Assembly (NCBI GenBank): GCA_963760275.1
Contig: CAVXCM010000013.1
Location: 459,889-523,888 of the forward strand
Direction: 5' to 3'
From: an uncultured Verrucomicrobiae bacterium
Lineage (GTDB): Bacteria; Verrucomicrobiota; Verrucomicrobiia; Limisphaerales; SIBH01
Length of the DNA stretch: 64,000 bases
Shown here: positions 18,579 through 28,885 of the stretch, in pieces
Layout of the letters: the number at the start of each line of letters is the position of its first letter
Numbering within the stretch: the stretch's first letter is position 1
Program-made: the position numbers and the translations under genes
The notes under the pieces: model-generated
Database searches by the model: none
Told to the model about the DNA's origin: nothing
The model's input: the letters and a program-made list of their open reading frames with translations, nothing else

Positions 18579-19919
18579 ATGATTACGCGATATTCGCGCC
18601 CCGACATGCGGGCTATTTGGACGGATGAGAACAAGCTGAAGATTTGGCTGGAGATCGAGATGCTCGCCAGCGAGGCGCTGGTGAAGGAGGGCATTGTGCC
18701 CAAGAGCGATTTCGCTCGGATGAAGGCCGGTGCGGCAAAATGTTTTGCTGATACCAAAGCCCTCGTCGAGCGCCAGAAAGAACTCGAGCGCGTTCTGAAT
18801 CATGACGTGATTGGTTTCACCACGGCGGTCGCGGAGAAGATCGATCATCGCGCGTCGCGCTGGTTGCATTTCGGGCTTACGAGCAGCGACATCGTTGATA
18901 CGGCATTCGCGGTCCAGATGGTGCAAAGCGCGGAGATTCTCATTCGTGATGTGACGCAGTTGCGGGCGGTGATTGCGAGACGCGCGCATGAACATCAGTT
19001 CACGCCATGCATTGGCCGCAGTCACGGCATCCACGCTGAGCCCACGACGTTCGGGATGAAGCTGGCACTGATGTACGACGAATTTGGCCGGGCCGAGGAG
19101 CGATTGAAACGCGCGCGAGAAATCGCCTCGGTTGGCAAGCTCAGCGGGGCCGTGGGTACAAGCGCCCATCTCTCCCCACGCGTTGAGAGTTTTGTGTGTG
19201 CGAAGCTGGGGTTGGAACCCGCGGCGATGGCCACGCAGGTGATCCAGCGCGACATTCATGCTGAATTCATGAGCACACTGGCGCTGGTCGGCGCGAGCAT
19301 GGAACGCTGGGCCGTCGAGTTCCGGCATTTGCAACGCACTGAGGTGCTGGAAGCGGAGGAGCCATTCACTAAAGGGCAGAAGGGTTCCAGTGCCATGCCG
19401 CACAAGCGCAACCCCATCACGTGGGAACGCATCACGGGCCTGGCTCGCGTGCTGCGCGGGAATTCCATGGCCGCTTTGGAGAACGTGGCGTTGTGGCATG
19501 AGCGCGACATCAGCCACAGCAGCGTGGAGCGCATCATCTTTCCCGACTCGTGCACGTTATTGGATTACATGTTCGGCCTGTTCACACGAATGATGGAAGG
19601 GCTGGCCGTGTATCCCGAGAACATGAAGAAAAACCTGGGGTTGTCGCTCGGCATGTGGAATTCGCAGACTGTGTTGCTGGCGCTGATTCGCAAGGGATTA
19701 ACCCGCGAGGAGGCTTACGAAATCGTGCAACGCAACGCCATGAAGACTTGGGAAGTAAAGCACGCCGGTCGCGATGATGCGGATTTCGTCAAACAACTGC
19801 ATTCGGACCCGGCTGTATCAAAGCATTTGACCGCCAAGGAGCTTGAAAAGCTGTGCTCGCTGGATTTTCACCTCAAGGAAGTCAAAAACCGTTTCAAGAA
19901 AATCGGGCTCCAGCGCTAA
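18579..19919 (+). CDS. purB: adenylosuccinate lyase
   Basis: Full-length PurB-like sequence, including the fumarate-lyase signature GSSAMPHKRNP. Confidence 0.95.
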   Translation: MITRYSRPDMRAIWTDENKLKIWLEIEMLASEALVKEGIVPKSDFARMKAGAAKCFADTKALVERQKELERVLNHDVIGFTTAVAEKIDHRASRWLHFGLTSSDIVDTAFAVQMVQSAEILIRDVTQLRAVIARRAHEHQFTPCIGRSHGIHAEPTTFGMKLALMYDEFGRAEERLKRAREIASVGKLSGAVGTSAHLSPRVESFVCAKLGLEPAAMATQVIQRDIHAEFMSTLALVGASMERWAVEFRHLQRTEVLEAEEPFTKGQKGSSAMPHKRNPITWERITGLARVLRGNSMAALENVALWHERDISHSSVERIIFPDSCTLLDYMFGLFTRMMEGLAVYPENMKKNLGLSLGMWNSQTVLLALIRKGLTREEAYEIVQRNAMKTWEVKHAGRDDADFVKQLHSDPAVSKHLTAKELEKLCSLDFHLKEVKNRFKKIGLQR

Positions 19920-20195
19920 CATCCCGGCGGGAAACATTGCGCGAACCGCGCCTGTGTATCCCTTATGGCCTGCATCCGGCGCTGCACGCCATGCGGCGAG
20001 GCTGCCTCTCCAGCGAGGAAGACAAGCAGGGCGACGTTCGTCGGTTCGGTCACGCCTTCGATCAAATTGTGCCGACTCAAAAGTGTCGCTGAGCGCGGCG
20101 ATTGCCACATTGATGGTGCGGGGAGCCTCGTGATCCCAGCCAGGAAAAGAGCTCTAACCATCGCTCTCGAAATAATTTGAGATTCCGTGAAATAG

Positions 20196-20696
20196 ATGGA
20201 AGCCGGCGACGTATTGATCAATGTGACCACTCAACGCATGTTCACCGGGCCGGCAGCTGCTGACCTTTTTTCGATCGAGCAACTTACCGAATTGCCACGA
20301 CGTGCGAACTACTGTGCTCAACGCCTTGCGGTCATTATGGGTTTTTCCCGACGGACTTTGGAACGGCGCTTTCGCCAGCAAATGGATTGCACTCCGGGCG
20401 AGTGGCTGGCTCAGCGGCGAATGGCCGACGCTGTAGCAATGATTGAACGTCAGGTGAGTCTGAAAGTCGTGTCAACTTCCGTTGCTTATCGAAATCCATC
20501 GGGATTCTATCGTGAGTTTCGCCGCCGCTTGGATTGCACTCCTGGAGAATACCAGGCCCGCTACCTCGGGTTGGGACCAATCTCCTCTGTGGCGCTGATC
20601 CCGGAAAAGAATTTGTCGCAAACGGATAATCCATGCTCCTTGCCAGCCCTGCGTGTGGCGCAGGAATATGTCAGGAAATGGGCGCCCCCTGCCTAA
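20196..20696 (+). CDS. short AraC-family HTH transcriptional regulator (DNA-binding domain only)
   Basis: 166 aa. Two HTH units (ANYCAQRLAVIMGFSRRTLERRFRQ... and VSTSVAYRNPSGFYREFRRRLDCTPGEY). Only about 55 aa precede the HTH region. Confidence 0.75.
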   Translation: MEAGDVLINVTTQRMFTGPAAADLFSIEQLTELPRRANYCAQRLAVIMGFSRRTLERRFRQQMDCTPGEWLAQRRMADAVAMIERQVSLKVVSTSVAYRNPSGFYREFRRRLDCTPGEYQARYLGLGPISSVALIPEKNLSQTDNPCSLPALRVAQEYVRKWAPPA

Positions 20697-20951
20697 CGCA
20701 TTGTTTACCCACCGAGACGGCTAGCACGCAGTTTCTCAAAGCCGGAAGCGTTGGGGCGCCTTTTTTCCTTCGATAGTGTCGTCGGGACCATTCAAGCTGT
20801 GCTTCGGCTCGCAGTTGCGGGTGTTTGCCACTCCCTATGCGTGGGTCGCGTTCTCCGTCGCTGAGCGAAATGTTCGTTTGTCGTCCCCGCGGTCTTAATT
20901 CGTGGTAGACGGCGCCCCTGTTCGGTCGTTCATCCCAAGCGTCCTAACCTG

Positions 20952-21881
20952 TCACGTCGTCAGGGCCGTTGCTGTCGCTTCCAGGCTGGCGCCATCTGCG
21001 ACGTTGAGCACCTGAACGTTTTTGTCGATGCGTTTCATGAAACCGCTCAAGGCGGCGCCTGGTCCCAACTCGATGAAGCGCGTGAATCCACTGGCCAGCA
21101 AATAACGCATTGATTCCTCCCAGCGCACTGAGGAGGTGACTTGGTCGACCAGACGTTTGTGAATGTCCGGCGGCGCATCGTGCGGCTGTGCGGTGACGTT
21201 GGAGATCACAGGCATCATGGGGATCTCAATGGGAACCTTAGCCAGCGCTTCACGGAGTTTCGGCTGTGCGCCCGCCATTAGCTCGGAGTGGTAGGCTCCC
21301 GCAACATTGAGCGGCAGCGCCCGCTTGGCCCCTTTTGCTTTGGCGAGTTCGCACGCGACGGTTATCTTGTCAGCAGCACCTGAAATAACGATCTGCCCCG
21401 GGCAGTTTAGGTTCGCCAGCTGGACCCCGACTTGCGCACAGACTTCGCGAGTAGCTGCCTCGCCCAAGCCAATGATGGCCGCCATGCCGCCCCGGGTTGT
21501 TTCACAAGCCTCTTGCATGAATTGTCCACGTTGCCGAACAACGCGTATCGCGTCATCGAACGTCATCACGCCCGCCGCAGCCAACGCAGTGAATTCGCCC
21601 AGGGACAATCCGGCGGTCGCCTCAAACTTTAGATTCGGCACGCGCTCTCTCAGCAGCTCAAAGGCAATCCAACTTACCAGAAAAATACCCGGCTGGGCAT
21701 GTTCAGTCTTGGTGAGTTCAGCGTCCGGGCCGTTGAAGCAAATTGAGGCGATGTCGTAGCCCAATGCCGTATTCGCGCGATCGAACCAATGCTGTGCTGA
21801 AGGATGGCTGGCGGCGAAATCCCTGCCCATCCCGACGACTTGCGCGCCTTGACCGGCGAAAAGTAACGCTGTCTTGCTCAT
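20952..21881 (-). CDS. fabD: malonyl-CoA:ACP transacylase
   Basis: LFAGQGAQ start motif and active site GLSLGEF. 309 aa. Confidence 0.95.
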   Translation of the reverse strand: MSKTALLFAGQGAQVVGMGRDFAASHPSAQHWFDRANTALGYDIASICFNGPDAELTKTEHAQPGIFLVSWIAFELLRERVPNLKFEATAGLSLGEFTALAAAGVMTFDDAIRVVRQRGQFMQEACETTRGGMAAIIGLGEAATREVCAQVGVQLANLNCPGQIVISGAADKITVACELAKAKGAKRALPLNVAGAYHSELMAGAQPKLREALAKVPIEIPMMPVISNVTAQPHDAPPDIHKRLVDQVTSSVRWEESMRYLLASGFTRFIELGPGAALSGFMKRIDKNVQVLNVADGASLEATATALTT

Positions 21882-21941
21882 GGGGCGGGACTTAACACGA
21901 AGCGCAGAAGCGCGAAAAGTTTTGTTTCGATCCGCTCGAAT

Positions 21942-23339
21942 TCAATACGCCGTCTTGGGCGGCTTGACTACTTGCATCGCGGTTTGGGCGATGATGTTGA
22001 GGTCAGCACTCAGGGACCAGTTTTCGAGGTACTCGATGTCGTATTCGATGCGCTGGAAGAGCGCGTCCTCACTGGTCGCTTCACCACGGAATCCGTTGAC
22101 CTGGGCGAGGCCGGTAATGCCGGGCTTCACAAACTTCCGCACGTAGTAATTCTCCATCAAGCGCGAGAATTGTTCGTTGTGTTCAGGCAAATGCGGGCGC
22201 GGCCCCACGACGCTCATATCGCCTTTGAACACATTGAGGAATTGCGGGAACTCATCGATGCTTAATTTTCTGAACCACCGCCCCGCGGGATAAATGCGGT
22301 CGTCATCCGCAGTCGCTTGCTTCGCCACATCGGGATTATCGACGCGCATGGTGCGGTACTTCCAGATTTTGAATCGCTGGTTTTGCAGGCCGTTTCGGTA
22401 TTGCGTATAGAAGACGGGTCCGGGTGATTGCAGGCGCTGGAAAAACCACACGACGAACGTCAACGGTGGCAGCACTAAGACGATCACGGGCAGCGCCACC
22501 AGGATGTCCACGATGCGCTTGAGCGTGCGGTTGAGGGGATTTTGCAGCGGCTCGTTGCGAAGTCCGAAAAATTGGAGTCCGTCATCTTCAAAATGCGCGA
22601 TCGGGTGCCGGATTTTGTCCTGCAAGTCATTGAAGATAAGCAATCGAACGCCGAGCCGTTCACAGATTCGCGTCATGCGATTCAATGTCTCGGGGGAAAG
22701 AGGGAGTTCTACCAGGATGGCTTGGGTGATGTTCCGTTCCTGCACGACACGTTCGAAGTCGTCAGTTCCTCCGAGCAAAGGCATGAAATGGCCGTGGCCA
22801 TTCGGTTCGTCGCAGAGCAAGCCGATTGTCCGAATGCCGAGGTCGGATTTGCGCGCGAGCCAGTCGCGCAATTGCCAAGCCTTTTTCGCCGGGCCGACGA
22901 GGAGCGTATTTTCGGCGTTGATGCCGCGAAAGGTCCTTCGCGCGAGCCAGCCCGGAAGCAGGATACCCGTGGCGAGCATCGTCGCGTAAAGTGCCACGGC
23001 GAAACAGAACAGGAAGAGGCGTGAAATGCCGCGATCTTGCGTAGCAATAAGGAAAACGACGATGGCAACGATTGCCACGAGGGTTTGAACCATCGCAATG
23101 CGGTGCTTTTCGAAAATATCTTTACGGAGGAGGTTGGCGTCGCCCTTGTAACGATAGACGGATTCAAGGAGGAGCCCCATGACCATCAAACCAAAGTAGA
23201 AAACATATCGCTCCGGAAAAGCGAACGGGCGGTAGGCATGGCCGAAGAGCACGAACATCCCCCAGTACAAGGCGACTGCGGCAGCAATTTGCGCCGCCGT
23301 CACCAGACTGAAAAGCCCGTGATTGCGTTGAGTTATCAT
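21942..23339 (-). CDS. polyprenyl-phosphate glycosyl-1-phosphate transferase (WcaJ/EpsL-like initiating sugar transferase)
   Basis: Multi-TM N-terminus. C-terminal bacterial sugar transferase domain (KRIVDILVALP, KIWKYRTM, SIDEFPQFLNVFKGDMSVVGPRP, KPGITGLAQV). ATG at 23339 avoids overlap with the upstream gene. Confidence 0.9.
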   Translation of the reverse strand: MITQRNHGLFSLVTAAQIAAAVALYWGMFVLFGHAYRPFAFPERYVFYFGLMVMGLLLESVYRYKGDANLLRKDIFEKHRIAMVQTLVAIVAIVVFLIATQDRGISRLFLFCFAVALYATMLATGILLPGWLARRTFRGINAENTLLVGPAKKAWQLRDWLARKSDLGIRTIGLLCDEPNGHGHFMPLLGGTDDFERVVQERNITQAILVELPLSPETLNRMTRICERLGVRLLIFNDLQDKIRHPIAHFEDDGLQFFGLRNEPLQNPLNRTLKRIVDILVALPVIVLVLPPLTFVVWFFQRLQSPGPVFYTQYRNGLQNQRFKIWKYRTMRVDNPDVAKQATADDDRIYPAGRWFRKLSIDEFPQFLNVFKGDMSVVGPRPHLPEHNEQFSRLMENYYVRKFVKPGITGLAQVNGFRGEATSEDALFQRIEYDIEYLENWSLSADLNIIAQTAMQVVKPPKTAY

Positions 23340-23413
23340 CCCCCTGAGCCCGAATTTCGCCTCTCCACTCGCGCTGTCAAATGCACGGAATGAGATTCCC
23401 GAACATAGCTGCT

Positions 23414-24301
23414 TTAGGGGACCAGCGCGCGCAGGGCAAGCGGGTCGAGGCCGAAGGTGACCGGGAGTCGGGCTACATTTTCCCCTTCGAGCTGGAAAAA
23501 AACGGAGGCGGCACATGAAAGTGCGAAGTGCGCTCCTCGAAGTTGACGCGTGTTGGACCCGCTGTGGAAATTTCCCGTCAGCATGCCCCAACCTCCGCGA
23601 GCAACGCATTCAAGGTTCACCTTGGGATATACGACGGCTTCGAGCAGGCCATCCGTTAAATCCGCCCGGGGAAAAACTGCGAAACGCCCGCCGTAAAACT
23701 TCCCGTTACCAATGAGCACGAGTTGGCCGCGGGCAGTCTCAGGGCCGTTGGTTATTTCGATGTCTGGCAGCGGACCGGCCAGAGCCTTTAAGCCGGCGAC
23801 CACGTACGAGAGGGGGCCAATGCGTTTCTTCAATCCCCAATCGACCAATTCGATTGCACGCGAGTCGAGGCCCGCGCCGGCGAGTTGCGCAAAGTATCGG
23901 CGGCACGGCTTACCGCCAGTCGAATAGTCGGCCCAGGCAGCATCGATGACTCTGTCTCGGCCCGCGAGAATGACGCGCCAAGCCTTGTCCAACTCGCTGG
24001 GAATACTAAGTTCTTTGGCGAACACATTGACTGTCCCCAAGGGAAGCACGCCCAGTCGCACGTTTGGAAGGGCATGTGCGTCCGCGATTCCATTGAGCAC
24101 TTCATTGAGTGTTCCGTCTCCGCCCGCCGCCACGATGGTGTCGTAACCCTCCGCCACGCTTTCGTAAGCCAGTCGCCGGGCGTCCCCCGCACAGGTCGTG
24201 GGCTTGAGCGAAGCCGTGTGGGCGATCTCTGCCAGATGGGCTCGGAAGCCGTGGGCCTTGTTGCCGCGGGCGGCAGGATTGAAGATCACGCAGGGCTTCA
24301 T
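23414..24301 (-). CDS. diacylglycerol/lipid kinase family protein (YegS/BmrU-like)
   Basis: ATG at 24301 (MKPCVIFNPAARG). GGDGTLNEV motif and LGVLPLGTVNVFA. 295 aa. Confidence 0.85.
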   Translation of the reverse strand: MKPCVIFNPAARGNKAHGFRAHLAEIAHTASLKPTTCAGDARRLAYESVAEGYDTIVAAGGDGTLNEVLNGIADAHALPNVRLGVLPLGTVNVFAKELSIPSELDKAWRVILAGRDRVIDAAWADYSTGGKPCRRYFAQLAGAGLDSRAIELVDWGLKKRIGPLSYVVAGLKALAGPLPDIEITNGPETARGQLVLIGNGKFYGGRFAVFPRADLTDGLLEAVVYPKVNLECVARGGWGMLTGNFHSGSNTRQLRGAHFALSCAASVFFQLEGENVARLPVTFGLDPLALRALVP

Positions 24302-24422
24302 GACGTAGAAGTGTCGCCACAAAATCGGAATTCCCACGGCCAAAGTCGAGCCGTCCCTGTCTCGCGTCATTGGAGCCGTTTCCGCTTTGCGCTTCTGTGC
24401 ATTTGCTGGATGCTCCGCCGCC

Positions 24423-24968
24423 GTGAATCGCGCGGTATTCTTGGATCGGGACGGGACCCTCATTGAGGAGAAGGATTATCTTCATCGCCCCGAGGATGTC
24501 ACCGTGTTCCCCGGGGTGGGCTCAGCTCTGAAGCGTCTTCAGGATGCGCAATTCAAACTCTTCATCGTCACCAACCAGTCCGGAGTCGGGCGCGGCTATT
24601 TCACGATGCAGGACGTGGATCGCGTTCACGAACGTCTCCTTAGCATTTTGGCGAAGGACGGCGTTCATTTCCTCAAGGTTTATATCGCTCCGGAACATCC
24701 GGAGGCGCCGAGCCGTGGACGAAAGCCATCCCCGCAGTTTCTTTACGACGCGCGGGATGAGTTCAATCTCGACCTTGGCCAAAGTTACATGGTGGGCGAT
24801 AAAGCCATCGACATCGAGTGTGGTTCCAATGCCGGAGTGAAGCAGAGCTTCCTCGTTCGGACGGGTTATGGGCGGAAAACCGAGGCAGCGGGCACGATCC
24901 CGAGCGCCACTGTGCTGGATGACTTGCCAGCGGTGGCGGATTGGCTTCTCAATTCTGCCGCACGATGA
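24423..24968 (+). CDS. gmhB: D-glycero-beta-D-manno-heptose-1,7-bisphosphate 7-phosphatase (HAD-IIIA)
   Basis: Motif I FLDRDGTL, then VTNQSGV, then [13 protein letters not shown] at 24423 is the likely start; the track start at 24387 is TTG. Confidence 0.85.
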   Translation: MNRAVFLDRDGTLIEEKDYLHRPEDVTVFPGVGSALKRLQDAQFKLFIVTNQSGVGRGYFTMQDVDRVHERLLSILAKDGVHFLKVYIAPEHPEAPSRGRKPSPQFLYDARDEFNLDLGQSYMVGDKAIDIECGSNAGVKQSFLVRTGYGRKTEAAGTIPSATVLDDLPAVADWLLNSAAR

Positions 24969-25709
24969 ACATTGTCGGAATTATACCCGCTCGCTATGCC
25001 TCCAGCCGCTTTCCCGGCAAACCCTTGCACCCGATTGCAGGCAGGCCACTCATCCAAAGGGTTGTGGAACAATGTCAGCAGGCAAAAACGCTGAGCGAGG
25101 TGGTCGTCGCGACGGATGACGAGCGGATTGCTGTAGTGGCTCGAGCCTTCTGCCGGGTGGAGATGACGCGCCCCGACCATCCTAGCGGTTCGGACCGTAT
25201 TGCAGAAGTGGCCGCTCGGCTCGCTTGTGATGGAGTGGTGAACATCCAGGGAGACGAGCCTTTAATCGATCCTGGCGGTAATCGATGCCGTCAGTCGGGC
25301 GCTGGAGGCGAATGACGTGTCCACCGCTGCTACGGCCATCAGAAGTGTGGAAGACTACGAATCACCGAACGTCGTGAAAGTCGTTGTCAGCGCTTCCGGC
25401 CGGGCTCTATATTTTTCCCGGCGCACGATTCCGTTCGTCCGAGATGCCGCCAGTCGTTCGAGTGCCGAACAGTTGGCGGCGTTTCCTTTTTTGAAGCACC
25501 TCGGCATTTACGGTTACCGGCGAGAAACGTTGTTGCGGCTGGTGCAATTCCCGGTTTCACCGTTGGAAAATGCCGAGAAGCTGGAACAGTTGCGTGCGTT
25601 GGAAAATGGGATCCAGATCGCTGTCGTGACGGTGAATTACGATAGCGTGGGTGTGGATGTGCCGGCGGATGTGGTGCGGGTGGAAGCGTTGTTGAAAAGG
25701 ATGCGATGA
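24965..25709 (+). pseudogene. kdsB: 3-deoxy-manno-octulosonate cytidylyltransferase, reading frame broken once near 25271
   Basis: The N-terminal part ([21 protein letters not shown] ... [10 protein letters not shown]) runs in frame 2 to about 25271. The colinear continuation ([23 protein letters not shown] ... to 25709) is in frame 3. The start overlaps the gmhB stop (ATGA). Confidence 0.85.
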
Positions 25710-25746
25710 GAGTTCAGCAGGTCAGGATGTCAGCATGTGAACAGGC

Positions 25747-25785
25747 GAGAGAGGGAGCGAAATGGAGCTCCCTTTCTCACTTTTA
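25747..25785 (+). terminator. stem-loop with a short U-tract between kdsB and pyrG (terminator or leader attenuator)
   Basis: 12-bp stem gagagagggagc / gctccctttctc (one G-U pair) with an 8-nt loop, followed by acttttac. Located 38 nt after the kdsB stop and 40 nt before the pyrG ATG. Confidence 0.45.
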
Positions 25786-25824
25786 CAGCTCCTTCCCTGC
25801 TCACGCTCGCGCGGAAGTTCCCTC

Positions 25825-27438
25825 ATGAAATACATTTTTGTAACTGGCGGAGTGGTGAGTTCGCTCGGCAAAGGCCTGACGGCAGCGTCGCTCGGCACCT
25901 TGCTCGAGAATCGCGGCCTCAAAGTCACGATCCAGAAGTTCGATCCCTACCTCAACGTCGATCCCGGCACCATGTCGCCCTACCAGCACGGTGAAGTGTA
26001 TGTGCTGGACGACGGCGCGGAGACGGACCTGGACCTCGGTCATTACGAGCGATTCACGAACGTCCACTTAACGCGGCTGAACAACCTGACCAGCGGCCAG
26101 GTTTATCAGACGGTTCTCAACAACGAGCGCGAAGGAAAGTATCTCGGCAAGACCGTGCAGGTGATTCCGCACGTCACGGATGAAATCCAGGCCCGCATTT
26201 ACCAGCTGGCCGAGCATTCCAAAGCGGACGTGGTGATCACCGAGATCGGCGGCACCACCGGCGACATCGAAGGCTTGCCCTTCCTCGAAGCCATTCGTGA
26301 ATTCGCCCTCGATGTGGGCCCGAGCAATGCCATCTTCATGCACGTCACTTATGTGCCGTTCATCAAGGCGGCCGGTGAACTGAAAACCAAGCCCACGCAG
26401 CAGTCGGTCGCCAAGCTGCGCGAGATCGGTATCGCGCCGCAGATTCTGTCTGCCGTTGCGAAAAGCCGCTGGACAAGGAGCTGCGCCAGAAAATGTCCAT
26501 GTTCTGCAACGTGCCTTACGAGGCCGTCATCGAGGAAAAGGACGTGGATCACTCCATTTACGAAGTGCCGCTCATGCTCCAGCGCGAGCGGTTGGATGAT
26601 CTTGTCTGCCGCCTGCTGCGGCTCGACACGCCCCCGGCCAACATGACGCATTGGCAGGAGATCATCCGCAAACTGATCGCGCCAGCGCATCGGGTCCGCA
26701 TCGGCGTGGTCGGCAAATACATCGAACTGCAGGATGCCTACAAATCCGTTTACGAAGCCATCATTCACGGTGGCATCGCGAATGATTGCGGGGTGGAAAT
26801 CGTCAAGCTCGACGCCGAGGACATCGAGCGCCAGGGCCCGGATACCGTGCTGAAAGGCTGGGCGGCATTCTGGTTCCCGGCGGTTTCGGCGAGCGCGGCA
26901 TCGAAGGAAAAATCCTTGCCGCCAAGTATGCGCGCGAGAACAAGGTGCCCTACCTGGGCCTTTGCCTCGGAATGCAGATCGCGACCATTGAGTTCGCGCG
27001 CAACGTTCTCGGGCTGGACAAGGCCCACTCCACCGAGTTCGATCCGAAGTCGCCGCATCCTGTCATCGCGCTGCAGGAGGAACAACGAAGTCGTCACGAA
27101 GAAAGGCGGCACCATGCGGCTCGGATTGCAGGCCGTGCCAGCTCCGGCCGGATTCCAAGGCAGCGCAGATTTACGGCGCTTTCGTCATCCATGAACGGCA
27201 TCGTCATCGCTACGAATTCAACAACGAGTATCGCGAACAGTTCGAAAAAGCGGGCTTCATCTTCAGCGGCACCACACCGGACGGGAAGCTCGTGGAAGTC
27301 ATCGAGATGCCGTCGCATCCCTTTTTTATCGCCTCACAGTTTCACCCGGAGTTCCAGAGCAAACCGCATCAGCCGCATCCGCTGTTCAAGGCTTTCATCG
27401 CAGCGGCGCACGCCCAGATTCACCATCGCCCGCTGTGA
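25825..27438 (+). pseudogene. pyrG: CTP synthase, colinear but broken by four frame shifts
   Basis: [17 protein letters not shown] start. Segments: 25825-26448 (frame 1), 26449-26857 (frame 3), 26858-27079 (frame 2, [24 protein letters not shown]), 27081-27131 (frame 3, GGTMRLG), 27133-27438 (frame 1, [10 protein letters not shown] ... FHPEF). Confidence 0.9.
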
Positions 27439-27669
27439 TGGGAGCGCCTGTATCCCGGCTTCTCTGCCTGCAAGCTTGAGGGGGCGACCCATTGGCCCTG
27501 TGAAGATTCGTGCGGCTGGGCGAACAACAACCTCCCCGCAGGGTGCTCAATGCCGCTGGGGGGACCAGTAGGCAAGGCGGCGATCTCTGGAGCCAGTTCG
27601 TCTTATCCAAGCGCATGGGTCCACTCTCAGCCCTCGACTCTGGAGCCTCTGCATGGCAGCTTCGCTCCA

Positions 27670-28050
27670 ATGGATTCGAAAAAACTCGCGCTGCTTTGCC
27701 AGGAATATGCTGAGAACAAAAAAGCGGAAAATATCATTACCCTGGACGTGCGCGATCTCTCATCGGTAGCTGACTACTTTGTCATTTGCTCCGGAACCAG
27801 TGAGCCCCATCTCCGCGCGATCTCGGACGAGATCATGAACAAATTGCGCGACGAGCAGGATCTTCGGCCCCGTTCCGTTGATGGAACCCTCAAGACGGCT
27901 TGGATCGTCATGGATTACTTTGACGTGATCGTCCACGTGATGAAAGCGGACGTGCGTGAGAAGTACGATTTAGAAGCACTCTGGGGCGACGCGCCGCGCA
28001 TCAAGCCGCGCAAAGCACGGGCGAAGGTGGCCGCACGAAAAACGGCGTGA
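27670..28050 (+). CDS. rsfS: ribosome silencing factor
   Basis: ATG at 27670. The sequence ...ITLDVRDLSSVADYFVICSGTSEPHLRAISDEI...WIVMDYFDVIVHVM is typical of RsfS/YbeB. Confidence 0.9.
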   Translation: MDSKKLALLCQEYAENKKAENIITLDVRDLSSVADYFVICSGTSEPHLRAISDEIMNKLRDEQDLRPRSVDGTLKTAWIVMDYFDVIVHVMKADVREKYDLEALWGDAPRIKPRKARAKVAARKTA

Positions 28051-28052
28051 GC

Positions 28053-28790
28053 CTACAAGGTCGAGGGCGACTGCGGGGAAGCCAATCCTGCTGCGCCAAT
28101 ATGGATTTCAGGTTCCACCATTCCTTCGAATAATCCGGGAACCTCCACCGGTGCCTGGCGGATTGGCGCGAAACTTCGGCGGTGCAGCGGACAGGCGCCG
28201 TGCTCGGCCAGCGCCAACAAATGCTTCTCCGTGCTGTAACCTTTGTGCTCGGCAAAGGCATACGCCGGCCACTGCCGATCGTATTCCACCATCATTCGAT
28301 CCCGGGTCACTTTGGCGAGAACGCTCGCCGCGGCGATCGAATAACTCATCGCATCACCGTCGATAATGGGCGTTTGGTTCCAGTGAACGCTGGAGCGTTG
28401 GTTCCCATCGATGAGGACGTGGAGAGGCGCAGGCTCCAGTCTAGCTAGTGCATCGTTCATCGCGCGGAAGGTCGCCTGGAGGATGTTGATTTCGTCAATC
28501 AGCGTATTGTCACTCCACGCGATCGCGTACTTCACTTCGGCAAAACCAGTCAGCTTCGCAAAGTAAATTTCCCGCTCGTCGGCCGTCAGTTGTTTGGAAT
28601 CATTCAGACCCCACAACGTCCGGGGCAAGCCGTTGGCAATCCACGCGGGGGGAAAAATCACGGCTGCGGCTACGACCGGTCCGGCAAGCGGTCCGCGCCC
28701 CGCTTCATCCACACCCGCCACCAGATCGCAGCCTCGCGCGCGTAACTCACGCTCGTATCGGAATCGGGATCGGCCGGGCGGCTTCAACAT
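28053..28790 (-). CDS. rnhB: ribonuclease HII
   Basis: AGVDEAGRGPLAGPV active-site motif. ATG at 28790; the longer GTG start at 28889 would overlap the upstream gene by 4 nt. Confidence 0.9.
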   Translation of the reverse strand: MLKPPGRSRFRYERELRARGCDLVAGVDEAGRGPLAGPVVAAAVIFPPAWIANGLPRTLWGLNDSKQLTADEREIYFAKLTGFAEVKYAIAWSDNTLIDEINILQATFRAMNDALARLEPAPLHVLIDGNQRSSVHWNQTPIIDGDAMSYSIAAASVLAKVTRDRMMVEYDRQWPAYAFAEHKGYSTEKHLLALAEHGACPLHRRSFAPIRQAPVEVPGLFEGMVEPEIHIGAAGLASPQSPSTL

Positions 28791-28885
28791 TCGCCTGAAA
28801 TTACCGGCGCCGGGTGAAGCAGCAACGCTCAAGTAATTAGCTCCGAACTTTTGCCTGAAAGTTTCAGGCTCTTTGCAAATGCTCG

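Noticed and set aside
19916-20230. 104-aa minus-strand ORF in the purB-AraC gap
   Set aside because: It has no recognisable motif, it overlaps the AraC start, and its composition is not clearly coding. I have kept it only as part of the note about the non-coding flanks.
20740-20775. Possible terminator (ggggcgcctttttt) after the AraC gene
   Set aside because: Only the short GGCGCC palindrome is present, and no stable stem precedes the T-run.
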